DNA from: an uncultured delta proteobacterium
Lineage (GTDB): Bacteria > Desulfobacterota > Binatia > UBA9968
Assembly (NCBI GenBank): GCA_963745835.1
Contig: CAVUZH010000003.1
Span: 1,088,001-1,152,000, forward strand
DNA length: 64,000 bases
Direction: 5' to 3'
The position numbers and the translations under genes were made by a program. The notes under the pieces were generated by a model. It had not been told where the DNA came from. It made no database searches and saw only the letters and a program-made list of their open reading frames with translations. Positions 1 to 10,624 of the stretch are shown here, in pieces. Position 1 is the stretch's first letter. The number at the start of each line of letters is the position of its first letter.

Positions 1-23
1 AAACCTTTGAAAGATTCGATAAG

Positions 24-1025
24 GTGGCAAGTTATCTCCTTCATCGACTCGCTGGCACCATTCCAGTTCTTCTTCTCATTAGTCTGCTTGTTTTCCTGCT
101 CATTCATGCGGCGCCGGGCGATCCAACGCTGCTCCTCCTAGGGGAAGAAACCAATGCAGCGGAAGTCGCCAGGGCCAAGGAGCGTTGGGGATTGGACCGG
201 CCGTTGTACGTTCAGTATCTCAAATTTCTCAATTCGGCGGTTGCCGGAGACTTCGGCAAGTCCTTTAAATACGGCGAGGCGGTGACCAGTGTCATCAAAT
301 CGAGACTGCCTGCGACTATAGAGCTGGCGGTTTTCTCTATCATCATCGCAACTTGTCTGGCCATTCCGTTAGGGGTATGGGCTGGCTCGCGACCCAATTC
401 ATGGCTCGACAATTTCGGAACGACATTCGGCCTTTTCGGGATCAGCATGCCCAGCTTCTGGCTTGCCATCATGCTGATTCTGCTCATGGCCGGGATCCTC
501 AATCTCCTGCCAACCTCCGGGCGCAGTACCTACGGCGTCGCTGGACCCGAACAGACCGGGTTCTACATACTGGATAGTCTTCTGCAGCAAAACTGGCCGG
601 CGGCTTGGGATGCGCTCAGGCACATTTTGTTGCCGGCCTTGGCCCTCGGCGTCAATATGCTGGGAATTTTAATGCGCGTTACACGATCGTCAATTCTTGA
701 GGTGATGAACGAAGAGTATGTCACCACCGCCCGCGCAAAGGGATTGGCGGAACGTAGAGTCGTCTGGCGCCACGTCATTAGCAACGCTCTGATTCCGGTA
801 ATTACAGTGGTGGGCCTGGAGCTTGGGACTCTGCTAAGCGGCTCGATCATCGTAGAAACCGTGTTCGCATGGCCAGGCAGTGGCAGCCTGCTAATTACCG
901 CTCTTAATTCGCGCGACTATCCTCTGGTCACGGGTCTGGTGATGAGCTATACCGTGGCATTTGTCATCATTAATCTAATTATCGATGGATTATATGCGGT
1001 CATTGACCCTCGAATCCGCTTCTGA
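24..1025 (+). CDS. Dipeptide/oligopeptide ABC transporter permease (DppB/OppB family)
   Basis: N-terminal APGDP motif, GLDRPLYVQYL, EAA-like loop EYVTTARAKGL, C-terminal RDYPLV...DPRIR. Confidence 0.93.
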   Translation: MASYLLHRLAGTIPVLLLISLLVFLLIHAAPGDPTLLLLGEETNAAEVARAKERWGLDRPLYVQYLKFLNSAVAGDFGKSFKYGEAVTSVIKSRLPATIELAVFSIIIATCLAIPLGVWAGSRPNSWLDNFGTTFGLFGISMPSFWLAIMLILLMAGILNLLPTSGRSTYGVAGPEQTGFYILDSLLQQNWPAAWDALRHILLPALALGVNMLGILMRVTRSSILEVMNEEYVTTARAKGLAERRVVWRHVISNALIPVITVVGLELGTLLSGSIIVETVFAWPGSGSLLITALNSRDYPLVTGLVMSYTVAFVIINLIIDGLYAVIDPRIRF

Positions 1026-1096
1026 AAAAACCCCCGGCGCGGTCTCAAGCGCGTTAGGACGGCTTCACGCAAAAGCATTCAGCGGCGGTTCAATCG

Positions 1097-1891
1097 TTGT
1101 TGATTTTTATCCTCCTCGGAATCTTCGGTCCGTCGCTCGCGCCCCACGATCCAAACAAGCAGGAACTCACGGCAATGATGAAGCCGCCACAAGGGATGGG
1201 CGGCGCGCACGTGCTCGGCACAGACAATTTGGGACGTGACATTTTGAGCCGCATTGTTTATGGCGCGCGGGTTTCGCTCCTTGTGGCATTTGCGGTGGTT
1301 TTCGTTTCCGGCCTCATCGGTGTCATCCTGGGCGCAATCTCCGGATATATCGGTGGCAAAGCCGACTTCCTCATTCAAAAATTGGTGGAGGTCATTTGGG
1401 CGTTTCCGCCGCTTTTGCTCGGCATCACCATCATGGCCTTCTTTGGCCAGGGTCTAACCAACCTGATCTTCGCGTTGGTGGCGCAGCGCTGGATTCCTTA
1501 CTGCCGAGTGGTGCGCGGCCAAGCTCTCTCCCTGCGCGAGCGCGACTTTGTTATGGCGGCTCGCTGTCTTGGCGCGACCAAAAGCCAGATTATCGGGCGC
1601 CACATTCTTCCCAATCTGATTCAAACATCGCTGGTAATCGGCACCTTTGCGATGGCATCGTCAATTATCGCCGAAGCGAGCTTGAGTTTTCTCGGTGTCG
1701 GCGTGCCGCCGGACATTCCCACGTGGGGTACCATGCTTGCCGATGCGCGCATCTACATCAGCACTTCATGGTGGATGCCGCTGTTTCCCGGCCTGTGTAT
1801 CTTCATAACGGTTTTGGGCATAAACCTGCTCGGCGATGCCTTGCGCGACATTCTCGACCCGCGGCTAAAAAGAACCGGCTCCGGCGTTTAA
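1097..1891 (+). CDS. Dipeptide/oligopeptide ABC transporter permease (DppC/OppC family); true 5' end probably ~1003 with a frameshift near 1096
   Basis: LGTDNLGRDILSRIVYGAR, AARCLGA, HILPN, LSFLGVG. The frame is closed upstream by TAG at 1055; a plausible N-terminus lies in another frame. Confidence 0.9.
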   Translation: MLIFILLGIFGPSLAPHDPNKQELTAMMKPPQGMGGAHVLGTDNLGRDILSRIVYGARVSLLVAFAVVFVSGLIGVILGAISGYIGGKADFLIQKLVEVIWAFPPLLLGITIMAFFGQGLTNLIFALVAQRWIPYCRVVRGQALSLRERDFVMAARCLGATKSQIIGRHILPNLIQTSLVIGTFAMASSIIAEASLSFLGVGVPPDIPTWGTMLADARIYISTSWWMPLFPGLCIFITVLGINLLGDALRDILDPRLKRTGSGV

Positions 1892-2015
1892 GGTCGCATC
1901 AGCAATTCGGTTAATGCTGCGTTTTCGGATGAAATTCCGTTAGTAGCTAAAGCGAACCTCCACCTCAAGCTGCGCTTTCATTGATTCTCTTAACAACTCG
2001 TGTAATTTTACTAAA

Positions 2016-3419
2016 ATGCGTAGAACCAAGATCGTTTGCACCATCGGTCCGGCCAGTGCCTCAAGCAAAGTTCTTAAAGGCCTCATTCAAGCCGGCATGA
2101 ACGTGGCGCGCCTGAACTTTAGCCACGGCGACTACTCTTTTCACAAACAGGTAATTCAAAACATCCGCCAGATCGCCCGCCGGCTCGACAAACCTGTGGC
2201 GATCTTGCAGGATTTGGCCGGACCCAAGCTTCGTCTCGGACCGGTGGCTGCCGACCGGGTACGCTTGACGACGCGGCGCCCTTTCGTCCTCACTACCCGG
2301 CAGATTCTCGGTTCTGAGCTGGCGGTTTCCGTCAATTACAAAGGTTTGACCCGCGCGGTAAAGAAAGGCGATCCGATTTTGCTCGGAGATGGCGAGATCG
2401 AGCTCGAAGCGGTCAAAGTCAGCGGCACCGAAGTAACCTGTAAAATTATCTTCGGGGGTATCCTCGGATCGCACAAAGGTATTCACTTCCCGCGTAGCAG
2501 TTTGGATGTCCGCTCCCTCACTGCTCGCGATAAGCAGGATCTCGCGTTCGGCATCGAGCAGAAAGTAGATCTGGTTGCTTTGTCTTTTGTGCGTAATAGC
2601 GAAGACATAGTCTATGCGCGCCGCGAGATGAAGAATCGCGGCGCCTCCATCCCGATCATTGCAAAAATCGAGAAACACGAAGCGCTCGACCACATTGACG
2701 CGATACTCGAGAAAGTCGACGGTATTATGGTGGCGCGCGGCGACCTAGGTCTAGAGATCGCGCCGGAGAAAATTCCGGCGATGCAAAAAATGATGATTCG
2801 CAAGGCCAATACGCTCGGCAAGCCGGTCATCACGGCGACTCAGATGTTGCGCTCCATGGTTCAAAACCCGCGCCCGACACGCGCCGAGGTCGCGGATATC
2901 GCCAATGCGGTGCTGGATGGCACCGATGCGCTTATGCTGTCGGAAGAGTCGGCTGCTGGTGACTACCCGGTGGAGTCGGTTAGAACAATGGCTCGGGTCG
3001 CGGAGGAGACCGAGCAGATCCTTGAGCCGCGTTATCAATTCCCCGGCCGCCGGCAGAGCGTGCCCGAAGCGATCAGTTTTGCAGCGATCTCTTTGGCGCG
3101 AGACCTGAAGGTCAAAGCGTTTCTCATTCCTACTTCATCTGGCAGCACCGCGCGAATGATTTCTCGTTACCGACCGCCTCATCCGATCATCGCAATCAGT
3201 CCGGAACCTCAAGCCGTGAAAATGCTTTGTCTGGTTTGGGGTGTCTATCCAGTGCAGGTGCCCGGCTTCCAGAGCACCGATGTGATGTTGAAAGTCGCGC
3301 AGCAAAAAGCAGTCAAGTTCGGCTTTGTCAAACGCGGCGATCTTGTCGCCATCACCGCCGGCCTACCGCTACACCAGCCGGGTACCACCAATATGATTAC
3401 TGTCAAAGTTGTCGAGTGA
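2016..3419 (+). CDS. pyk: Pyruvate kinase
   Basis: RRTKIVCTIGPAS, ARLNFSHG, IIAKIE, DGIMVARGDLG, ATQML, PRPTRAE. Confidence 0.98.
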   Translation: MRRTKIVCTIGPASASSKVLKGLIQAGMNVARLNFSHGDYSFHKQVIQNIRQIARRLDKPVAILQDLAGPKLRLGPVAADRVRLTTRRPFVLTTRQILGSELAVSVNYKGLTRAVKKGDPILLGDGEIELEAVKVSGTEVTCKIIFGGILGSHKGIHFPRSSLDVRSLTARDKQDLAFGIEQKVDLVALSFVRNSEDIVYARREMKNRGASIPIIAKIEKHEALDHIDAILEKVDGIMVARGDLGLEIAPEKIPAMQKMMIRKANTLGKPVITATQMLRSMVQNPRPTRAEVADIANAVLDGTDALMLSEESAAGDYPVESVRTMARVAEETEQILEPRYQFPGRRQSVPEAISFAAISLARDLKVKAFLIPTSSGSTARMISRYRPPHPIIAISPEPQAVKMLCLVWGVYPVQVPGFQSTDVMLKVAQQKAVKFGFVKRGDLVAITAGLPLHQPGTTNMITVKVVE

Positions 3420-3709
3420 TGCTTGCTGACGCTGATAATTCCGCCTGAAAATCTTTGGCTCTAGCGATGGATTTCTCTCGGCCACCTGATCGGTTAAAGG
3501 CTCGTTCGCCAGTCTGTCTTATTGGCAATGCGCAACGCTAACGCACCGACTTGCGCGCCCGCCGTCTTCACTCCTTCATAGCGCATCAGATTTCATCCGA
3601 TGCGCCGTTAGCTTCCCGTTCTGTTTCTCTGGGCTACCGAGTTCACGCCTTGCAAGCGTGACTCAAAGTGGGCTAGAACCACAATGAATCACCATGGAGG
3701 TAAAGAGCC

Positions 3710-4720
3710 ATGTCCGAGCTACTCAAAGCGTTCGAGGATGAACTTCAGAGTAAAAACTTCAAAGGCTATTGGCAAAATGTTCAAGGCGATGTCCATCGAG
3801 AACCGGTGCCGTCATATGAACCTTGTCACTGGAGGGGCAAAGATCTCTTTGCCGCCATCGAGAAAGCCGGCGAGGTTGTCGGGCTCGATCTGTCGTTTCG
3901 GCGGGTGATTCAACTCTGGAATCCATCGCTAAAGAACGGCACGACCCGGACTTTAGTATTGAACCTGCAGATGCTGAAGTCCGGCGAAGAAGCTCTTAGC
4001 CACCGTCACATCGCCGGTGCGGTCCGTTTTGTCGTTAAAGGGAGCGGCGCCCGGCTGATCGTCGAAGGCGAGTCTTTCGAAATCGGCGAAGGAGACTTTG
4101 CGACGACGCCGAGTTGGACCTGGCATGATCACGAAAACAATGCAGGTCAAACGATGCTCTGGCTAGATGGCTTGGATTCCCCGCTGGTCCGACTGCTCGA
4201 AACTGACTTTCACGAACCCGATCCGCGCAAGAAGCAAACCGTAAACAAGCCCGAAGGTTATTCGGCGTCAACGCTCGGAGCATTGCGGCCCTCGTGGATG
4301 CGCGCGCACGGTATTCAGCCTCCGGCATTTGCCTACAAGTGGGCCGACACTGAAAAGGCCTTGAACAAAGTCGGCGAGCAACCTGGCGACCCCTACGATG
4401 GCATCGTCTTGGACTATGCCAATCCGCTCACCGGCGGACCCACTTTACCGACCATGTCTTGTCAGATCCACATGCTACGCTCAGGCGAAAAGACCAAAAG
4501 CCATCGTCACACGAGTTCAACGATCTATTATGTTCATCGTGGCAGCGGCGTGAGCACCATCGGCGATAAACGATACGAATGGGAACAAGGCGACTCGTTC
4601 GTTGTGCCCCTCTGGTACCATCATCATCATGAGAACACCGCCAAAGATCCGGCAATTTTTTTCGTCATGTCCGACAAGCCTCTAATGGATGCGATCGACC
4701 ATTATCGCGAACAAGCCTAG
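3710..4720 (+). CDS. Bicupin dioxygenase, gentisate 1,2-dioxygenase-like
   Basis: Two cupin metal motifs (SHRH...TPSWTWHDH and SHRHT...PLWYHHHH), WLDGLDSPLV, YANPLTGGPTLPTM. Confidence 0.85.
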   Translation: MSELLKAFEDELQSKNFKGYWQNVQGDVHREPVPSYEPCHWRGKDLFAAIEKAGEVVGLDLSFRRVIQLWNPSLKNGTTRTLVLNLQMLKSGEEALSHRHIAGAVRFVVKGSGARLIVEGESFEIGEGDFATTPSWTWHDHENNAGQTMLWLDGLDSPLVRLLETDFHEPDPRKKQTVNKPEGYSASTLGALRPSWMRAHGIQPPAFAYKWADTEKALNKVGEQPGDPYDGIVLDYANPLTGGPTLPTMSCQIHMLRSGEKTKSHRHTSSTIYYVHRGSGVSTIGDKRYEWEQGDSFVVPLWYHHHHENTAKDPAIFFVMSDKPLMDAIDHYREQA

Positions 4721-4780
4721 GTTCATCTTCCCGGCCGTTTTAGAAAAGATCGAGATACCGTAGCCAGAGGGAGCAGTGAG

Positions 4781-5527
4781 ATGTTCAATCTAACTGACCG
4801 ACTAAGCCCCGACGAATTCATCGATACCTTTTTCGAAGTTAATAAACGCGACCACCAACGCCCGCCGCACCCGTGGGATGCTCTGTTTCGCGATGGCCGG
4901 TGTACCAAGGAGCAGCTCCAGGGTTGGGCCAAGGAACGTTACTACTTCACCAAGCAGGTGCCGATCAAGGAATACTCAATTCTATACAATTGCCCCTTCC
5001 CGGAAGTGCGCCGATCCTGGCTGCCTAAGGCAATCGAAGAAGAAGGCGAAGATCTTATCGGTAAGCCTGGCAAGCCGCATCCTGAATATTGGTTGGACAT
5101 GTGCGAGGGTCTCGGTCTGGATCGCGAATTTGCCAAGAACTCAGAACCGCTTTATGGCGTAAAGTTCGCCGTCGATAGCTTCGCCAACGCCGCGTTCAAA
5201 GAGTCTTGGTTGATGGGGGTCGCCGTCTCCGAAGGAGACGATACCGCCAAGGCCATGATCCGTGACTTGGAGGTTTTCCGGAAACACTATACGTGGGTTC
5301 CGGACCATGCGTTAGAATTTTATAGGCTGCATGCCGGCGTCGACGTGGAGCATGGCATTCTTCGGAAAGAGATATTAAAAAAATATGCGACCACAAAGGA
5401 ACTCCAGGAACAGTGCATCAACGCCCAGCTGATGAAAAACAATATGCGCCGCGTCATGGCGGATTGCATCTACATGGCGTATGTCGTTCAGGGCATGACT
5501 TGCGAGTCGACTAGCGCCGCGGCCTAG
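4781..5527 (+). CDS. Heme-oxygenase-like diiron enzyme (PqqC/TenA/CADD superfamily)
   Basis: HPWD...LQGWAKERYY, EEEG..HPEYW, E, and FYRLHAGVDVEH give the E-H-E-H-D-H ligand set. Confidence 0.8.
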   Translation: MFNLTDRLSPDEFIDTFFEVNKRDHQRPPHPWDALFRDGRCTKEQLQGWAKERYYFTKQVPIKEYSILYNCPFPEVRRSWLPKAIEEEGEDLIGKPGKPHPEYWLDMCEGLGLDREFAKNSEPLYGVKFAVDSFANAAFKESWLMGVAVSEGDDTAKAMIRDLEVFRKHYTWVPDHALEFYRLHAGVDVEHGILRKEILKKYATTKELQEQCINAQLMKNNMRRVMADCIYMAYVVQGMTCESTSAAA

Positions 5528-5661
5528 CGTGAACGCGAGAAATCGCCGGCCCATGCTTACGCTGTCGCCTATCACGTCTCATTTTGGCCGTACACTGGTT
5601 AGATCTCGCTCCATTTAGCGTTCGGAGGGATTTGCCGGTTCGGATCGATTCGGCGAGACTA

Positions 5662-6636
5662 ATGATGACACGATTCTACACCGCGATATTACTGCTGCTG
5701 ATCTCGCTTCTGCTGTCAAATCAGGCCGGCGCCGCTCCCCTGCGCATCGCTTACAGCTCGATCAGCGGTGCCATGCTACCGCTGTGGGTGGCCAAAGACT
5801 CCGGGCTTTTCGCCAAGCACGGTGTCGACGTTGACTTAACTTACATCCGAGGCGTTGCTATCGAAGCGCTGCTAGCGGGCGAAGTCCAGTTTGTCCGCGC
5901 CTCGCCGCCCTCGGTTGTGCGCTCCGCACTCCGAGGTTCCGATCTCGCGTTTATTGCCAATACCATCAACGTTGCGGTTTTTTCCCTGATGTCGAAACCT
6001 GAACTGCAAAAGCCAGAAGATTTGAAGGGTAAAAAAATCGGCGTCACCAATCTTGGCGATTCGCCTGATCTGGTTTTGAGTTTACTGCTGGAGAAATGGG
6101 GACTGCAGCGCGGCAAAGATCTTGCGGTTTTAGGGATCCGCGGCGGCATGCCCGAACTGCTCATTTCCGTCAGTAAAGGATTCGTCGATGCAGGCATGAT
6201 TTCGGCGCCAAGCAATCGACGCGGCATTAAGATGGGCTTGCGCGAGTTTGTCGACACAGCGGATTTGGGCATTCCATATATCAATTCACCGCTCAGTACT
6301 CGGCGATCTACCATCAAAAACCACCGCGACACGGTACTGCGCGTGCTAAGAGGCTACTACGAAGCGGTACTACGAACCCGACGTGATCGGGATAGTGCGA
6401 TGAAGATTCTTGCGAAATACGTGCGCGTCAGCGATCCGGAGATTTTGTCCGAAGTTTACCAAATCTACGGCGTCAAGCAGCTGCAGCCGGATATCAACGT
6501 CGATATCGATGGCATCAAGGGACTGTTGAAAGGTTTGGGCAGCGAAGCAGTGGGAGCAAACCCCGCTACGTTTGTCGATTTGTCGTTGATCGAGCAACTT
6601 GAACGAGAAGGATTTTTCTCCGCCAGAGATCGGTGA
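5662..6636 (+). CDS. ABC transporter substrate-binding protein (NMT1/THI5/SsuA-like)
   Basis: Signal peptide, PLWVAKDSGLFAKHGVDV, EDLKGKKIGVT. Start moved to the MMTRF ATG. Confidence 0.85.
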   Translation: MMTRFYTAILLLLISLLLSNQAGAAPLRIAYSSISGAMLPLWVAKDSGLFAKHGVDVDLTYIRGVAIEALLAGEVQFVRASPPSVVRSALRGSDLAFIANTINVAVFSLMSKPELQKPEDLKGKKIGVTNLGDSPDLVLSLLLEKWGLQRGKDLAVLGIRGGMPELLISVSKGFVDAGMISAPSNRRGIKMGLREFVDTADLGIPYINSPLSTRRSTIKNHRDTVLRVLRGYYEAVLRTRRDRDSAMKILAKYVRVSDPEILSEVYQIYGVKQLQPDINVDIDGIKGLLKGLGSEAVGANPATFVDLSLIEQLEREGFFSARDR

Positions 6637-6738
6637 TTCGAGCCCAGAAGTCAGATAGATTCTGCGCCGGAGTTACAAGGGTCTTTCCGGAACATTTATG
6701 CCGTCCGGAGAAGACCCTTCGAAAATTCGCCGTCCGAG

Positions 6739-7371
6739 CTAACGCGCGCCCTCTTTGGATCCGCTCTTTGCTCCACTTCTCGACCCACTCTTTGCGTTAC
6801 CTTTGGATTCTGTTTTAATCTGCTTCTCCGTTGATTGCGCAAGCTCAAGGTGTTTCTTCAAAATCGGCAGGTTTTCGCTGGCGAATTTTTTTAATTCGGG
6901 GTCCTTACCCTTATCTGCCTGAGTCTGAAATTTTTCGATATCCTCTTTGTGATCATCGACCATCGTCTCCATGTACTCCCGATCAAATTCGGCGCCGGAT
7001 AGTTTTGTCAACTTATCCATCGTCGATTTGTGCTCTCCTGAAGGTTGGGTAGGAAGATCCACGCCTTTGCTGGAAGCGATTTTTTTTAACTGCGTATTAG
7101 CTTTGCTGTGATCGGCCTGCATGCGTTTGCCGAATTCTTTTACACGCTGGTGCGACCCCTTTTCAGCGGCGATCTTACCCAGCTCCACTTCCATTAGCCC
7201 TCCGGAAGCGGCTTCTTTCATGAATCGCTCCTCACCGCTAGGAAGCTTGCCTTTACTCTCCTTGCGGCTTTCTCCTGCCTTTGTGCTGTCACTTGCCGCT
7301 AACGCAAAGTCACTGGAAAATATGAAAGCTGCCGCGATCATCAACGCCGAAACTTTGGCTAGTCGTATCAT
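6739..7371 (-). CDS. DUF4142 domain secreted protein
   Basis: Signal peptide; FMKEAASGGLMEVELGKIA, VKEFGKRMQADH, FDREYM...DH, LPILKKHLELA. Confidence 0.88.
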   Translation of the reverse strand: MIRLAKVSALMIAAAFIFSSDFALAASDSTKAGESRKESKGKLPSGEERFMKEAASGGLMEVELGKIAAEKGSHQRVKEFGKRMQADHSKANTQLKKIASSKGVDLPTQPSGEHKSTMDKLTKLSGAEFDREYMETMVDDHKEDIEKFQTQADKGKDPELKKFASENLPILKKHLELAQSTEKQIKTESKGNAKSGSRSGAKSGSKEGAR

Positions 7372-7774
7372 GGGTCCACCTCCGTTTTTAATCATCGTGG
7401 ACCTAAGTTGAGCAAAGCATATGCCACAGAGCTGCGTAAAAGTTCGCGCACACGTCGAAGGTTTCTATCAGGATAACTCTTCATGTCGAGGATCATGCGC
7501 GCATCTCATGAATCATTCTCAGGACAGCCAGATTCGGCCCGTCACGGCCTTGGGACAATACATGATCCAGGGGCTTTGTGATGAAAACGAGATCAAAGAC
7601 TATGAGCAAAACACGCGAGCTGTTTGGTAGGAAAACGGTATGACAATCGCTCGACGATTCCACCTCGTCAGGAATGTGGCGATTTAAATATTACATGGCT
7701 AGGGCTATAGCGGCGGGCTGATATAGCTTACCTTGATGTGATGCACGGCAACGGCATGTGCCGATTCTTGACGG

Positions 7775-8752
7775 TTACGGTTTCCACCCGGCTTTGGTGA
7801 GTTGCTGGTCTGCTTGGCGGGCGAAACTAAAGTCATAGGCTCGCTCAATCGGCACGACTTCACTCACCCCGGCTATTTCACGGACGATGGCGAGGTCATT
7901 GCGTTGCGCCTCTTCGTCGACGACTCCGTTGGCCGTGAAAGTTTTTGCGATATCGTCGTACATGCGTATGACGAGTGTGTTATCGAGCTCGGTAAATTTG
8001 GTTGCCGCGGCAATTGCCCCTTCGCGATTGTGCCGCACAAAACGCAATGCTTTGACAACGGCGCGGGCGAAACCGGCCATCACCTTAGGCTGTTCTTTGA
8101 TGAAGCGGTCCGAGGTGGCGATGGTGCCCCAGGAATTTTTCACTTCCTTGCCCATAAACATAAGATCTTTCATTCCTTGGTCGATCGCAGCGTAACGTTC
8201 CTCGGGGCTCAAGATAGCGGCATCCACGGCGCCGGATAGAAGCGAAGGCAACCGATTGACCGGCCCGGGATCGACAAAGACCACATCTTTATTGCCGTCC
8301 ATGCCGTATTTGCCCATGATGTTTCTGAACATGAACGCCGCGATGGAGGCAACGCCCGTGGTTCCGACCTTTTTACCTTTAAGATCCTTAATCGATGAGA
8401 TATTGGGCCGCGCTACCACCCATTGCAGAACCTGATCATTGGCAGCGATAACAGTTTTTAAAGGCGCGCCCCCTTTGGAAATTGCCACTAGCGCGCTGCT
8501 GCCTGAACCAGAAAATTGCACGTTACCGGCAGTCAACGCCTGTAGACCAGGCGCGTTTTGCATGTAAACAAGCTTAAGCTCGATTCCCTCTTCCTTCAGG
8601 TATCCTCGATCCTGAGCGATCGGCAAAATCGTGTACTGAAAAGCCTTCGACGTTAGTGCCACGGTAACCGTCTCCTGGCTGAGTCCAACCCGGTCCGAAA
8701 TACCCAGGAAAATAGCGGAACAAAGAAAGAAAGAGAAAAACTTAACTGACAT
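7775..8752 (-). CDS. ABC transporter substrate-binding protein (NMT1/THI5/SsuA-like)
   Basis: Signal peptide, AQDRGYLKEEGIEL, KDLKGKKVG, LLSGAVDAAIL. Confidence 0.85.
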   Translation of the reverse strand: MSVKFFSFFLCSAIFLGISDRVGLSQETVTVALTSKAFQYTILPIAQDRGYLKEEGIELKLVYMQNAPGLQALTAGNVQFSGSGSSALVAISKGGAPLKTVIAANDQVLQWVVARPNISSIKDLKGKKVGTTGVASIAAFMFRNIMGKYGMDGNKDVVFVDPGPVNRLPSLLSGAVDAAILSPEERYAAIDQGMKDLMFMGKEVKNSWGTIATSDRFIKEQPKVMAGFARAVVKALRFVRHNREGAIAAATKFTELDNTLVIRMYDDIAKTFTANGVVDEEAQRNDLAIVREIAGVSEVVPIERAYDFSFARQADQQLTKAGWKP

Positions 8753-8973
8753 TGAAAGCACCTCCTTTGATGCTGACCCTTTCGTCGGGCCTATGTCGAC
8801 GCTCATTCTTGAGAGCGTCGAGCTTACCGTGCCAACGAGAACTGCGCCGTACCCTACTACCGCATCGTCGTTTCAGTCAATTGAAATACTCTCACGCGTT
8901 GAGGTACGCATTGACATAGCAGCTTAGGCTTGGATAGGCTGATTGGGAAAGACACGACGGAGGAGGAGCGAAT

Positions 8974-9945
8974 ATGAAAGCTGTTCGCATTCACAATTTC
9001 GGTCCAACCGAAGATGTGCTCCAATTCGAAGAAGTGCCCATGCCGGAGCCGGGCCCTGGCGAGCTATTGATCAAAGTCGAGGCAGCTTCGCTGAACCGAG
9101 CCGATCTCGGCTTACGCAGCGGTAACTATCGCGTTGCTCCGCAAGATCTGCCGATCATTCCAGGCCGCGAATTCGCCGGGCGAGTGACCAAACTGGGCGA
9201 CGGTGTGAGTGACTTCCAAGTCGGGCAACGCGTTGTCGCCTACACCGGCACCGGCGGATATGCCGAGTACGCCAAAGCGAAAGTATCTGAAGTGCGGCCG
9301 CTACCGGATGGCGTGGACGCCGCTGCGGCAGCAGCGATTCCAACAGTCTTTTTAACCGCTTGGTTCGCTCTGATGGAAGAAGGTAACCTCAGGTCGGGCG
9401 AATGGCTGCTGGTGCAAGCTGGCAGCAGCGGCGTCGGTATCGCGGCAATTCAAATCGGCAAGCATGCCGGCGCTAAAGTAGTTACAACGACGAGTGGCGA
9501 TGAGAAAGCGCGCAGACTGCGGCAACTTGGCGCCGATGCGGTAATCGATTACACCCAAACGGATTTGGTTGCGGAAGGTAGGCGCGCTACAGGCAATCGC
9601 GGCTTTGATGTCGTGCTCGAGATGATCGGCGGCGAGGTTTACCAGAAAAGTATCGAACTCCTTGGGCCCGCCGGGCGGCTGGTTTCTATCGGCGGTGCCT
9701 TTGGCAAAATCCCGGACACGCCTCCCGCTCTCAAGGACGGACGAACCGCCAGCCGCTTCTCGATCACGAACTACTTAAAAGCGCAGCCCGAAGGATTCAA
9801 ACAGCTCGATGTTGCCCTGCAATGGGTGCGTGATGGAAAATTCCAAGTAGTAATCGATCGAAGCTTCCCGTTGGCCGAAACACGCGCCGCGCAACGTTTT
9901 CTCGAAGGGCGGGAGCACTTTGGTAAGATCGTCTTGATTCCGTAA
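8974..9945 (+). CDS. NADPH:quinone oxidoreductase (MDR / zeta-crystallin family)
   Basis: PEPGPGELLIKV, IPGREFAG, GGYAEY, QAGSSGVG nucleotide motif, HFGKIVL. Confidence 0.9.
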   Translation: MKAVRIHNFGPTEDVLQFEEVPMPEPGPGELLIKVEAASLNRADLGLRSGNYRVAPQDLPIIPGREFAGRVTKLGDGVSDFQVGQRVVAYTGTGGYAEYAKAKVSEVRPLPDGVDAAAAAAIPTVFLTAWFALMEEGNLRSGEWLLVQAGSSGVGIAAIQIGKHAGAKVVTTTSGDEKARRLRQLGADAVIDYTQTDLVAEGRRATGNRGFDVVLEMIGGEVYQKSIELLGPAGRLVSIGGAFGKIPDTPPALKDGRTASRFSITNYLKAQPEGFKQLDVALQWVRDGKFQVVIDRSFPLAETRAAQRFLEGREHFGKIVLIP

Positions 9946-9965
9946 GCCCGAAACAAGGCCGCGTC

Positions 9966-10514
9966 TCAAAGGCGCCAATCAGGATCGGTCGTCTTAGGGC
10001 TGTTCTCAGGTTCCGGTTCGACATTGGCAACTGCTGGCGCTGGTTCTTTGCCGGCGCCCATGAGAAGCAAGCAAAACTCTTCAGCGGCTTCGTAATTAAC
10101 GGGCGTTCCACCGATGCTGCCGGTGCCACCAAGGATTTGAATTTCATTTTTCTTGTGAAACCAAAACAGTGCAATTAGGGCTAGGCCGGCAACCAGCAGG
10201 CCGTATTGAAACAAGGACAAGGTCGATGGCGAAACAGCAAACAGCCGGGTGTTGAAGGCGATCCCTTCCGGCTGGTTCATCTGGTTGACAATAATCAGAG
10301 CCAGCGAAGCGAGAAATAAAATCAAGCCGAAAACCAGCACCCCCCTGCTTCTTTGCCAGCTTAAACGAACTGTCGTGATTGCCCGCCGCGGGATGATCGC
10401 TCGATTTTCGCCGAACATACCGTAATCCTGATGTTGAAAAACGTGGCCGGTCGTTAGCACTAACTGGCTCTTGTCGCTTAATCGCAACCAGCCGAGTTCC
10501 CTCTCGTCGTTCAT
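9966..10514 (-). CDS. Hypothetical membrane protein (2 predicted TM helices)
   Basis: ATG with upstream GGAG; two hydrophobic stretches; fills the gap downstream of the amidohydrolase on the same strand. Confidence 0.65.
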   Translation of the reverse strand: MNDERELGWLRLSDKSQLVLTTGHVFQHQDYGMFGENRAIIPRRAITTVRLSWQRSRGVLVFGLILFLASLALIIVNQMNQPEGIAFNTRLFAVSPSTLSLFQYGLLVAGLALIALFWFHKKNEIQILGGTGSIGGTPVNYEAAEEFCLLLMGAGKEPAPAVANVEPEPENSPKTTDPDWRL

Positions 10515-10624
10515 CGGTTTCTCCGTCAGGCGGATAGAATGCCGTCCAGTTCGATCTCAGCCTCTTGGCATAGTTATCTGGCTAGCCTTGTCTGTGACGC
10601 AACAAAACCGGCTAATCGGCCGCT

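Noticed and set aside
4781-5527. pqqC / PQQ biosynthesis
   Set aside because: No pqqA, B, D or E nearby; only superfamily-level similarity.
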